Origin: a virus
Taxonomy: Duplodnaviria > Caudoviricetes
Virus record (IMG/VR): IMGVR_UViG_3300037455_000173
Coordinates: 64,001 to 128,000 of that record
Reading direction: 5' to 3' (one strand)
Length of the DNA: 64,000 nt
Below, piece after piece: positions 20,409 to 29,170 of this stretch. The translations under genes and the position numbers were made by a program. Position 1 is the stretch's first letter. The number at the start of each line of letters is the position of its first letter. The notes under the pieces are model-generated. The model was not told where the DNA came from. It was given only the letters and a program-made list of their open reading frames with translations, and did not search any database.

Positions 20409-20991
20409 TACTCTTCGTCTCCTCAGCAACAATCTTATTGATTTTATTATAGATGTACCAATAACAAAAATTGTCAAAGGTATTACCTATCACTGCAGCT
20501 ACAAATAGAAGTGACAACCCCATGGGACAGATTAATGCTATCCCTGCACCTATAAGTGTAGCGGCACTGTTAGCTATATTGCAGTTGTTATCATATCGTT
20601 CTCTGCTTTTCTCATCTGGGTGTACCTTTGCTCTAAGTCGAATGCCTCCATTAGCAATGTGTCTACTAACAAAGGCATAGGTTATAACATTGAATACGAA
20701 ATAGAACTTTAGGTCACCTGTGATAAAGACATGACCGAATAAGAAAGCGTCTGCAATCAGTTCAGCAACTATCAATACCCGAAAATGCTTGTACAAGAAG
20801 TCACCTATCTTATTCCATAATACACCTAGAACAATTATACCTGAACATTGTATAATCTGTTCGGCTGAGATGTACCTTGAGTTGACAGCCTTTACCAGTT
20901 CGGCATATATGTAAGGGTAACTCAAAGCATAGAACAAGTTACAGATGAAGTTAGTACCTAGCATTATTCTAGATAGTTTCTTACGTGTCAT
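20395..20991 (-). CDS. multi-pass membrane protein (half-MFS-like, ~6 TM)
   Basis: Alternating hydrophobic segments. Confidence 0.6.
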   Translation of the reverse strand: MTRKKLSRIMLGTNFICNLFYALSYPYIYAELVKAVNSRYISAEQIIQCSGIIVLGVLWNKIGDFLYKHFRVLIVAELIADAFLFGHVFITGDLKFYFVFNVITYAFVSRHIANGGIRLRAKVHPDEKSRERYDNNCNIANSAATLIGAGIALICPMGLSLLFVAAVIGNTFDNFCYWYIYNKINKIVAEETKSNADR

Positions 20992-21679
20992 TTTCCCTTA
21001 TCTTATTTAGTACTTCAAGATTCTTCTTGTAGGTAGCATATCTCTCCTGGAACTCTTCAGCGGATATCTGTTCAAAACCGTTACCAACTTCCTTAAAGTA
21101 CCAATTCAGGATTTTAACCGAACCATCTGGCTCAGTTACCTGTTTAATTTCCATGGTGTCAAATTCACCAGGAACGGCAGACATGGCAAAATCCTTTGCT
21201 AAAATTCTATACCTGCCTTCTGGCATATAAGGAAAGGTGATGGGATATAATTCTTTCATCTTTCTACTTACAAATCCATTTGTCCAGCTTATTCCCGAAT
21301 TATCATAGCAGATGAACCGGTCAGTATCATGATAACTGACTTGACCTGTCGCTTTATCAACGTCCTTGAACAATGAATAAAGTCGACGACATTGATAACT
21401 TTCATGACCATTTCTGTCTTCAAGTACATTCCAGTTTTCTGGTATATCCTCGATAGGTGTAAGCGGTTGCTCAGCCATTAACTTTCTAAGTATGCTTGAA
21501 GTAAAAGCAAAGCTCATCCCACTATGTCCGTCGTCGCATAAAGACTCATAAGCTTTCAAAGCACTACGATAGCAAGCTTCTGAGTAGCCTATTAAATCTA
21601 GCTCATCAGGATGAGCTGTTGCCTTCTCATGCTCGATAGCTAATTCTATCTCATGTCTAGCCCATTCTTTCATACTCAC
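20981..21679 (-). CDS. phage hypothetical protein
   Basis: 232-aa ORF with overlapping start/stop coupling; GHSGMS and PLTPI motifs. Confidence 0.7.
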   Translation of the reverse strand: MSMKEWARHEIELAIEHEKATAHPDELDLIGYSEACYRSALKAYESLCDDGHSGMSFAFTSSILRKLMAEQPLTPIEDIPENWNVLEDRNGHESYQCRRLYSLFKDVDKATGQVSYHDTDRFICYDNSGISWTNGFVSRKMKELYPITFPYMPEGRYRILAKDFAMSAVPGEFDTMEIKQVTEPDGSVKILNWYFKEVGNGFEQISAEEFQERYATYKKNLEVLNKIRENDT

Positions 21680-22395
21680 TCAATATTACCTCCTGTTATT
21701 AATTCTTTATACGGTAACACATTCACCCAGCTATTAAAACCGACTCTCCACTCATCTAGCTTGTGCGGGTTCTTACATCTAGAGAACCACATTCTACGTA
21801 TTACCTCATAATTAAGGTGCATAGTAGCCATCTGATTATAACTGCTAGGTAGTAGCTGAATAACCTGCCACCATGTTTCTTTCTTTTCCTCGACTGCACT
21901 ATTAGGTAGATTAAGGTAATGACTCCTACAATCATTTAACCAGGTTATGACGTCTTGTAACCGAACGATAGAGTCATCTGATAGGTGGTCTGTGCTAAAG
22001 TCGCATAGTTGGAATTCTTTGGACATTACCTTATGCATGGTTGAACAGCTATTACGAACAGTGCCTACCTTATAGGTATCCATCTCCTTCCACCAGTACA
22101 TAGGTGCAGTAATATCTACGGTGACGTCGATGTATCTAAGAAACTTAGCGTGGTCTGAACCGGCTTTAATTAGTTGTAGCATTAATTTTCTATCATTGTC
22201 ACCTATTATAAATTCAGGTTCAGACATATACGGATTGCACATATCATAACCACAATTATCGCACCAGACTTGGGTACCTTCAGGACATCTATACTTATAT
22301 CCACTATCTGATTTGTCCCAGCTATTCATTGGATTTCTCATACCACGGATAGCAGCTTCCCAACCATAGACTTCGGTGTTTTCAATTTTTATCAT
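21676..22395 (-). CDS. divergent ThyX/Thy1-like (flavin-dependent thymidylate synthase fold) protein
   Basis: AIRGMRNP, LIKAGSDHAKFLR, APMYWWKEMDTY...NSCSTMH, QLLPSSY, NYE...HKLDEW. Confidence 0.55.
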   Translation of the reverse strand: MIKIENTEVYGWEAAIRGMRNPMNSWDKSDSGYKYRCPEGTQVWCDNCGYDMCNPYMSEPEFIIGDNDRKLMLQLIKAGSDHAKFLRYIDVTVDITAPMYWWKEMDTYKVGTVRNSCSTMHKVMSKEFQLCDFSTDHLSDDSIVRLQDVITWLNDCRSHYLNLPNSAVEEKKETWWQVIQLLPSSYNQMATMHLNYEVIRRMWFSRCKNPHKLDEWRVGFNSWVNVLPYKELITGGNIE

Positions 22396-22555
22396 TCTTC
22401 TTGCTCAACTCCTCATCTACATATTTATCGAACTCTTTCTGGATATCACATTCAGAACATTTTGTGTGGTCGTAGCAATAATCATTGGCAATAGGACACC
22501 ACATATTATCGTTACATTCGACAGTTCTGTCGTCCCAGAAATTATACTCAGCCAT
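22382..22555 (-). CDS. small Cys-rich acidic protein (57 aa, not in ORF track)
   Basis: MAEYNFWDD...CPIANDYC...CSEC; GGAGG RBS; overlaps its neighbours. Confidence 0.6.
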   Translation of the reverse strand: MAEYNFWDDRTVECNDNMWCPIANDYCYDHTKCSECDIQKEFDKYVDEELSKKNDKN

Positions 22556-22841
22556 CTGTATCCCTCCATGGGTTTAATGCTTTCATTATGTCAGGTAACA
22601 TAACAGTCTGGTGCATTTGTCTTGCATATTCTTCATACCAAGCTATCTTAGCTTTGTCTTGCTCTTCACTGTTACCTTCCTTGTTACCAGCTCGGTATGC
22701 ATACTTATAGGCATTTAGCTTACAAAACCAATACACAGCGAGGTCACCGAACTGTTCTCGCATCTCTACGATACATTCTTTCTTACCCTCCTGATTATAG
22801 TGCGAAGGGTGATTGACATTTTTCTCTATCTCATTGTCCAT
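22548..22841 (-). CDS. DUF3310-family protein
   Basis: NVNHPSHY, ECI, NAYKYAYRAGNK, DKAKIAWY. Confidence 0.85.
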   Translation of the reverse strand: MDNEIEKNVNHPSHYNQEGKKECIVEMREQFGDLAVYWFCKLNAYKYAYRAGNKEGNSEEQDKAKIAWYEEYARQMHQTVMLPDIMKALNPWRDTDG

Positions 22842-22941
22842 ACCTAATTCTCCTTATTAAGATGGTGGGTGTTAATCTAGAATCACACCCATCGATAAAT
22901 TATAACGGAGGCCCAATCTAGAATTGCTGACAGTGAAAATC

Positions 22942-23220
22942 TTATCTAGCTACTACCTCTTTAACAACGACATTTTCCCATTTCTTATATACATCTATAT
23001 AAGCTTCATTGGTGTCACCGTTATAGGTAATTTCATAATATATGCCATCAGACACTGGAGTGCTGAAAAGTCCCTTATGATTCTGAAGTGACTTACAGTA
23101 CCAGACGTTATATACGTCCTCTGCTTTAAGCTCCTGAGAGTCTGTGACGTCTCTGTGACCATTGAAATACTTTGCTATTTGTTCTTGACCAAACCTGATA
23201 AAATCTGCTGAACCGAACAT
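22942..23220 (-). CDS. DUF6275-like phage protein
   Basis: DVYNVWYCKSLQNHKGLFST...YYEITYNGD..EAYIDVYKKWEN. Confidence 0.75.
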   Translation of the reverse strand: MFGSADFIRFGQEQIAKYFNGHRDVTDSQELKAEDVYNVWYCKSLQNHKGLFSTPVSDGIYYEITYNGDTNEAYIDVYKKWENVVVKEVVAR

Positions 23221-23364
23221 TGAATGACCTTCTTTCTGATAAAATAATTGGCGAGTCTATCTAGCATCAACTCGCCAGGAGTACTTAGGAGGTCCCCTAT
23301 ATGATAGAAGACGAAATGGTTGCTAGAAACCGAAAGGATGTTAAGCCCCAGGGCAAAATGGGGC

Positions 23365-23399
23365 TGGTGCTCTAATTCAGAATTACACTGAATGAGAAC
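23365..23399 (-). ncRNA. tRNA minihelix-like RNA (MH1)
   Basis: GTTCTCATTCAG TGTAATT CTGAATTAGAGC ACCA: 12-bp stem (1 mismatch), 7-nt loop, ACCA. Confidence 0.6.
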
Positions 23400-23473
23400 A
23401 TAGTATCGTAGCAGCCCGCTGTAAGAACTGCTACGATAAATGGAAGATACAGTCTATCATGCCAGAAGACTGC

Positions 23474-23548
23474 TGGTGACGGGTAAGAGAGTCGAACTCT
23501 TCTTTAGAGAATGAAAATCTCTTGTCCTAACCGATAGACGAACCCGCC
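23474..23548 (-). tRNA. tRNA-Glu(TTC)
   Basis: Cloverleaf; anticodon arm AGAGA-TTTTCAT-TCTCT; GTTCGA T-loop; encoded CCA. Confidence 0.9.
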
Positions 23549-23607
23549 CTATACAACTTCCCTGCTATTAAAAGAGCTGTGTGCTAAGTTGCCATGTCAC
23601 GCTACGC

Positions 23608-23682
23608 TGGTTGGGGAAGCGGGATTCGAACCCACGAATGCAGGAGTCAAAGTCCTGTGCCTTACCACTTGGCTATACCCCA
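23608..23682 (-). tRNA. tRNA-Gln(TTG)
   Basis: TGGGGTATAGCCAAGTGGTAAGGC...CTTTGAC...GGTTCGAATCC...CCA. Confidence 0.93.
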
Positions 23683-23801
23683 ATAGATTTACCCAGGATA
23701 ACCTGGGCTAAACAGATTAGACAAAATTAAACAATATGGTGTATAATGGAATAAAAGAAAATGCTTTGACCGTATTGCCGATATCCCAGCATATATAGGT
23801 T

Positions 23802-24041
23802 TTACACTTGATTGCTTTCTTCGGGAGTAACTTCTTCTGTTACCGTTTCGTCCTTGAGATACTCGTCAAAGTAATTTGCCATGGCTCTTAAACCACGTAC
23901 AAATGACTCTACGGTACTCTGGTCAACACGTCTGTCTCTCAAATCTCTTTTGAACCTGTTGACACCTCTGGTAAGCTTTGTTAATCCTTCTTCTGCCCTG
24001 TAAGACTCCGCTTCGCTAAATGCGATAACTGTGACTTTCAT
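23802..24041 (-). CDS. hypothetical protein
   Basis: Start at MKVTV after promoter and RBS. Confidence 0.65.
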   Translation of the reverse strand: MKVTVIAFSEAESYRAEEGLTKLTRGVNRFKRDLRDRRVDQSTVESFVRGLRAMANYFDEYLKDETVTEEVTPEESNQV

Positions 24042-24112
24042 TAGGCACCTCCTACACATTTATTTTATACATATATTATAACATAAAATCTGTGTAGAAA
24101 CGAAGTTGTACC

Positions 24113-24556
24113 TCACTCAGAGTCCTTCGAATCTTTCTTATCCTCTTTTAATAGGTCGTCTACAACCTCAAAGACTCCTGGCAATTTATGCATACCCTCA
24201 GCTAGCATATGAGCAAATGTATCATTCATTCCTGTAGATTTGAATTGAGACGCCGCGGACTCAATCATAATTCTTTCCTTTAGCTCTCTGGTAAACTTTT
24301 CGAGTATTTTGTCTAACTCCTTAATGTGTGCGGTAGCCTTCTTATCATATTCCTCTTCATCCTTAGCTTTTACGCTAGGAGGCGGTGTGATGCCACTTGC
24401 TACATCTATTATAACATCAGCTGCGACTTGGATTAACCCATTGTAGGCATCTTTTAGACTGCAGTCTGAACTCATGTTCACACCTTTATCTGTGAACACT
24501 AACGCAATATAACCATTATTTGGTTCATTGCTAATAATCGTTATGCCTGAATCCAT
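24113..24556 (-). CDS. hypothetical protein
   Basis: ORF, RBS. Confidence 0.7.
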   Translation of the reverse strand: MDSGITIISNEPNNGYIALVFTDKGVNMSSDCSLKDAYNGLIQVAADVIIDVASGITPPPSVKAKDEEEYDKKATAHIKELDKILEKFTRELKERIMIESAASQFKSTGMNDTFAHMLAEGMHKLPGVFEVVDDLLKEDKKDSKDSE

Positions 24557-24567
24557 AATATCTCTCC

Positions 24568-24819
24568 TTACCTGTCATAGCACTCATCTGTGTCACCATT
24601 CGGGTAATAATGATTGCTCCGTATCCAACCATTTTCCTGATAAGTGTCAAGACGATAGCACTTAGACGACTCGAACGGTTCGGTAGTAATAACTACATTC
24701 TCACCTTTATCATTGGTAGCTGTAGCTGGTAGATTACTACCTTCACAGAATTGTTCAAGTGTTTTATAACTAATAGGTGTACATATTGTTCTAGGTATCA
24801 CCTTAGTATTCTTATCCAT
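24568..24819 (-). CDS. hypothetical protein
   Basis: ORF, RBS. Confidence 0.65.
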   Translation of the reverse strand: MDKNTKVIPRTICTPISYKTLEQFCEGSNLPATATNDKGENVVITTEPFESSKCYRLDTYQENGWIRSNHYYPNGDTDECYDR

Positions 24820-24822
24820 GAG

Positions 24823-25050
24823 TTAACTCCTCTCGATAGACTTTATCTGAACCATATGCCCACATATATTGCTGGCTAATTGTACAGCTTCAAATCTATC
24901 AGCACAAATATGCCAATATACAGCCTGGCTTTTCACATTAATATATACCAGAAATTGATTAATGGCATTTAGATATTGCTTAGGAAAATCATGTACTACT
25001 AAATCACCATTTATTAGGACGACTTGGTGTGTAATGTTAAGGACTAGCAT
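24823..25050 (-). CDS. hypothetical protein
   Basis: ORF, RBS, promoter. Confidence 0.65.
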   Translation of the reverse strand: MLVLNITHQVVLINGDLVVHDFPKQYLNAINQFLVYINVKSQAVYWHICADRFEAVQLASNICGHMVQIKSIERS

Positions 25051-25126
25051 TGCTGCACCCTCCTAATGCTGTATTGTATATTGTATCACTATTATAACAT
25101 ACACCGAATAATGAAAACGAAGTTCC

Positions 25127-25507
25127 TTAACCGATTTTTACTCTTATGCCAGGGACGTCGTAATCGTAAACACCGAAACAACCTGTGTCCTTACGGTCGA
25201 TTTTTTCTAACCCCTGAATGTGCCAACCACGTCTTTGTATTAGGTGTAAAAATTCTATAACCGAGGTGTCTTTTGCTGTAATTACCATAGAGTGAATATC
25301 TGCTAGAAGTATTGTATTCATAAAATCTTCTAGAATACTTTCTGGCGGTAATTCGGTAATCTCGAAGTCGGAACTGTTATGTCGGATACAGTCGTCATAG
25401 TTTCTAAGAGCTAATCTCTGACCGAGAGTAAGTCCCGACTTCATGCCAGTATCTTTATATGATTTGGCTATATTACCAAGCTTTTCTAGATAATCATTCT
25501 TATTCAT
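25127..25507 (-). CDS. hypothetical protein
   Basis: Coupled to the upstream gene. Confidence 0.65.
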   Translation of the reverse strand: MNKNDYLEKLGNIAKSYKDTGMKSGLTLGQRLALRNYDDCIRHNSSDFEITELPPESILEDFMNTILLADIHSMVITAKDTSVIEFLHLIQRRGWHIQGLEKIDRKDTGCFGVYDYDVPGIRVKIG

Positions 25508-25688
25508 TCTTATCAGATTCCTTGTAGTCATCTGGATTATAATTCTCCATCCAATCTGCTAGAATGTTTATAGCTTCTTTACTAGACACTCCAAATCTTC
25601 TTTCTAAGTACGGACTTGCTCCATACATATTCGTAGCTCCAGAGCGGCGTAATTTCTCAAGAAATATCCAATATTTATTATCTGTCAT
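25500..25688 (-). CDS. small phage protein
   Basis: FLEKLRRSGATNMYGASPYLERRFG...AINILADWM; RBS. Confidence 0.7.
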   Translation of the reverse strand: MTDNKYWIFLEKLRRSGATNMYGASPYLERRFGVSSKEAINILADWMENYNPDDYKESDKNE

Positions 25689-25699
25689 AATTATTCCTC

Positions 25700-26260
25700 C
25701 TATGAAATTAATACATCATTGGCATTTAAGCCAAGAACCATCTGCATAATGATTTTTTGAAAGTGGTCAGCTATCTGATACTCGAAATATTCCCAGGAAC
25801 GCTGGTCTTGTTCCTCATCTTGGGTTAACATACCCAAATCTATCGGTATAGCTGTACCTACGGTCTGCTGTGTTTCCTTTTCGAAATTCAGTATAGTAAA
25901 TCTAACCTCGAACTGAATATGTAAAGGTTTAGATAGGTGCTCAGCAGGCAGTACCTCATATCTGATTAGATTGTTATTAAGCTGTTTAGGTATCCACTTA
26001 GTCGCTTGGGTTAATACTATCCCGGATACTTTTTCTACTGCCCTACCATAATAAGATAATGAATCCAGACTATTCGGTTGCTTAATATCTAACTCTGGTT
26101 CTTTAGAAAATGACATTGCGACGTCCTCACCTTTCTGTATCATTAGTAATTCCTCTGCTGTTATGTGACCTTTATAGAATAAATCTTCTGCATTTACTGA
26201 TAAAGGCCTGGTCTTTCTTTTGTCTGCTAATTTTTGCAGCATGTCGCTTATATCTGACAT
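25700..26260 (-). CDS. hypothetical protein
   Basis: ORF, RBS. Confidence 0.7.
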   Translation of the reverse strand: MSDISDMLQKLADKRKTRPLSVNAEDLFYKGHITAEELLMIQKGEDVAMSFSKEPELDIKQPNSLDSLSYYGRAVEKVSGIVLTQATKWIPKQLNNNLIRYEVLPAEHLSKPLHIQFEVRFTILNFEKETQQTVGTAIPIDLGMLTQDEEQDQRSWEYFEYQIADHFQKIIMQMVLGLNANDVLIS

Positions 26261-26272
26261 TATATCACCTCC

Positions 26273-27151
26273 TTATCGAATTCCTAATGCTTTCTTAAAT
26301 ACCGACACATTGAACTTGACTGAAGATTCCTTTAACTTGTATTTCTCACACATATCTGGCATAGTCAGATTCTGATAATCGTTCAGAAATTGTGCTTTAT
26401 CTTCAGCTGAGTATCTATTCTTCTTATTAGTGTTAGCTTTAGTTTTAGTTTTAGTTTTAGTTTTAGTTTTAGGTTTTTTCTTTTCTTCTGGTTTTATACC
26501 CTTACGAGTTGATGCTGTCTTACGCATTTCTTTTACGCTTTCTTTATCAACCTGCTGCAACTCTTCGTCTCGATATTCTGTACCGTTTACCATATCTGCG
26601 GTAGTTAGGTTAATGTCAAACTTCTTCGACAGCATGTCTGCTAATCTTTCAACCCTAACCTCAGTATCCTTTTGCTTCCATGCATCAATCTTCTTGCGCT
26701 CGTTCTCAGCTAATTCCTGCACAATACGCTCTAAGACTTTCATGTCAGCAACTCTAGGCTTTAAGCCTAACTGTCTAGTCAACGCATCATCAATCTTATT
26801 CATGAACGCTAAGCTAAAAGAATACATGAAATAAGATTTAGGATGCTCGAATGTTAGAATAGATACGGTCATTATCTGTTCGCACAGAACTACCTGATTA
26901 CGGGCTTCTGGCTTACCGTCCTCATACCTGAAGTACAGATGCTGCGGTAATGTGTCTGAATTTCTTGTTGTGATTGGTAATACGTTGAATGTAGGTGAAT
27001 TAAGATTGTTCTCCTCACACGAAACAATCACACACGGTCTCGACTTCTTCTGAACACTTGAATTATTGATTCCGTCCCCATTTTCCGTCTCAAAGTGAAG
27101 ATACCAAACATCTCCTCTTCTGAAACGACTGTACCACTTTTCCATAATCAA
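26273..27151 (-). CDS. PemK/MazF-family endoribonuclease domain fused to a long basic C-terminal extension
   Basis: RRGDVWY, QKKSRPCVIVS, NVLPITT, VVLCEQIMTV. Confidence 0.8.
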   Translation of the reverse strand: MIMEKWYSRFRRGDVWYLHFETENGDGINNSSVQKKSRPCVIVSCEENNLNSPTFNVLPITTRNSDTLPQHLYFRYEDGKPEARNQVVLCEQIMTVSILTFEHPKSYFMYSFSLAFMNKIDDALTRQLGLKPRVADMKVLERIVQELAENERKKIDAWKQKDTEVRVERLADMLSKKFDINLTTADMVNGTEYRDEELQQVDKESVKEMRKTASTRKGIKPEEKKKPKTKTKTKTKTKANTNKKNRYSAEDKAQFLNDYQNLTMPDMCEKYKLKESSVKFNVSVFKKALGIR

Positions 27152-27480
27152 CCTCCTGTTGTTATATATTTTTTGTATCTATATTATAACATTATAAAAA
27201 GTACGATTACGAAGTTATGTAAACACACAGCACGCTAACGATTGCTGTGTATGTGTATATAATGTATAATTACACACGCAATACGATTGTCGTACAGCAA
27301 AAATAAAAATGCTGTAGCATGAACTACAGCATTTTATGTATGTGTAAACAGTAAACCTGTAAATTGTCTATGTAATAGCAAGCTGTTTCTCAAATTCCAC
27401 TACATTCCCAGGAGAAGGAACCCGATTCCTCATCGGCACGTCTGCGAACGGGCACTTGCCATTACATATTATGAATCCAA

Positions 27481-27511
27481 GGCACAGACAAGTCGTTACC
27501 TCATCTGCACC
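27481..27511 (-). ncRNA. tRNA minihelix-like RNA (MH2, CCA not encoded)
   Basis: GGTGCAGATGAG GTAACGA CTTGTCTGTGCC: 12-bp stem with G-U pairs; same loop family as MH3 and MH5. Confidence 0.55.
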
Positions 27512-27585
27512 ATATAAGGGGGTGCCAGCAGGTTGAAAGTATCAGAAGAACCTGCTGGCAGCATATGATGGGGTACTCTTTGATT

Positions 27586-27798
27586 TTATTCCTGACTCTC
27601 TATATAGGAATGCTTTACACCTTCCTCTGTAATAGCCAGATTAGAATGAAGCATAGCATCCTCGATATGGGTTAGTGCGATGCTCTTTTCTCTGCAATTA
27701 GGAATTTTATCTAAAAGTTGCTCAACTTCTATCAGCTTCTCTCGTATTTTCTGAGATAACTCTACTTCTTTCTCATTGAATTCTCTGCGTGTATACAT
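27586..27798 (-). CDS. Acb2/Tad1-like helical-hairpin protein (putative immune-signal sponge)
   Basis: PNCREKSIALTHIEDAMLHSNLAI resembles the Tad1/Acb2 'RE.s.A.T..E.A..w...aI' hairpin. Confidence 0.6.
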   Translation of the reverse strand: MYTRREFNEKEVELSQKIREKLIEVEQLLDKIPNCREKSIALTHIEDAMLHSNLAITEEGVKHSYIESQE

Positions 27799-27809
27799 AA
27801 TTATTCTCC

Positions 27810-28724
27810 TTATCTATTCATAGGCTTTGTAGCCCAAGGTGCTTCTATATTCTTATAGTTAAGACTAATCTCCTGATATCTGAGTTTAGCACAGATTTCT
27901 TGAATTCTGCTTGAATTAGCTTTAACACTATCCAAATCAGAATACTTACCATTTTTGAGTATATCGTAGCATGTCTTAGAAATACCGTCAGCGACCTTCG
28001 CGCCTAAGAATGGTACACCTTCTTCTGCTAAGAATTGTTCTCTAGGCATATGGTCTACCATGACATTACGGCGATTAGAACCCTCCATACCGTCTGACTC
28101 TGCGTCACGTTCTACAACGACTGACTTGATGCGGTCATTATCATGAACGAACATCCAGATTTGATTTATCCAATTCTTACCTGTAGAACCAATTCTGAAG
28201 TAACAAGTTCCATTATACGCACCAGCATTATACTCGTCGTTCATGCGAACACGAATAAATGTTTCGTTAAGGTCTTTACATACGAAGTCACCTGTGTGGT
28301 CATTAACATCATCACCCAGGTCATACAAGTCAAGTACAGGTATGTCTTTAACCAAATCGAGTAAGAACTGAGCTGTTTCTTCTTTAGTCCAGCCTACAGT
28401 CTCCCCTAGATTAAATGGAAGATTGATAAGGTGTTTACCAAGCCGCTCTCTGAACTCATTTTCGTCGGTAGTGAACATTATACCGTCACCAGCTTGTTTT
28501 CCGACATATTTCTGAAGAAATGTCTTGAGCTTGTCGTACGGACTATATTTTAACATCCAGATAGCTGCCTCAGCGTTAGCATCAAGGTCACCGATTTCAC
28601 CGTAGATATGAATCTTAACCGGTATTACCTCATAGTTCTGACCCTTAGCTCGCATCATCCAAGCCTCACCTAATTCGGTTTTTTCTGAACTCTTGTCACC
28701 CTTTGCCATATTAAGCTTAAGCAT
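27810..28724 (-). CDS. hypothetical protein
   Basis: 304-aa ORF, promoter, RBS. Confidence 0.8.
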   Translation of the reverse strand: MLKLNMAKGDKSSEKTELGEAWMMRAKGQNYEVIPVKIHIYGEIGDLDANAEAAIWMLKYSPYDKLKTFLQKYVGKQAGDGIMFTTDENEFRERLGKHLINLPFNLGETVGWTKEETAQFLLDLVKDIPVLDLYDLGDDVNDHTGDFVCKDLNETFIRVRMNDEYNAGAYNGTCYFRIGSTGKNWINQIWMFVHDNDRIKSVVVERDAESDGMEGSNRRNVMVDHMPREQFLAEEGVPFLGAKVADGISKTCYDILKNGKYSDLDSVKANSSRIQEICAKLRYQEISLNYKNIEAPWATKPMNR

Positions 28725-28795
28725 ACCCGTACCTCCTGTGTTTTATTGTACCTATATTATAACATATTATACACAAGGTTACGAAGTTAGTCTCA

Positions 28796-29170
28796 CTATT
28801 CTGACATACACTCAGTTATCTGTACTCTGACAATCAGGTTTTTCAGGTCCTCTAGGTCGATGTCGTCATAGACAAGAACATCTTCACCCCAGGTGTATTT
28901 CGGATTAGACAACTCGATTGAAAACCAAGGTTCCCAACCATCATCAGAATCATCGAAATGAATGTCTAGCTTACAGTCATTTTCAGCCAAATTATCTATA
29001 ATATCTCCATCGCAGTCATCTAGAAAGTTCAAACCTGTTTCTAGAATTTCTGAACCTCGACAGTTACCGCCGATTGGGAAAGAAATATGTCCTATGTAAC
29101 CGTCTTTATTGAATGTAATCTGAACAATATGATGATTTTCCCAACCATCTGGTGAATATTTCTCAATCAT
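28796..29170 (-). CDS. acidic hypothetical protein
   Basis: ORF, GAGG RBS. Confidence 0.65.
   Translation of the reverse strand: MIEKYSPDGWENHHIVQITFNKDGYIGHISFPIGGNCRGSEILETGLNFLDDCDGDIIDNLAENDCKLDIHFDDSDDGWEPWFSIELSNPKYTWGEDVLVYDDIDLEDLKNLIVRVQITECMSE

Noticed and set aside
23365-23399. Minihelix loops as TGT/QueA substrates (UGU)
   Set aside because: Only MH1 has UGU, and it sits at loop positions 1-3 rather than the 2-4 (U33-G34-U35) register that TGT needs.
27380-27445. Hammerhead ribozyme (CCGATGAG...GAAAC on the minus strand)
   Set aside because: The core reads CCGAUGA rather than CUGAUGA, and I could not build a stem III/NUH pairing.
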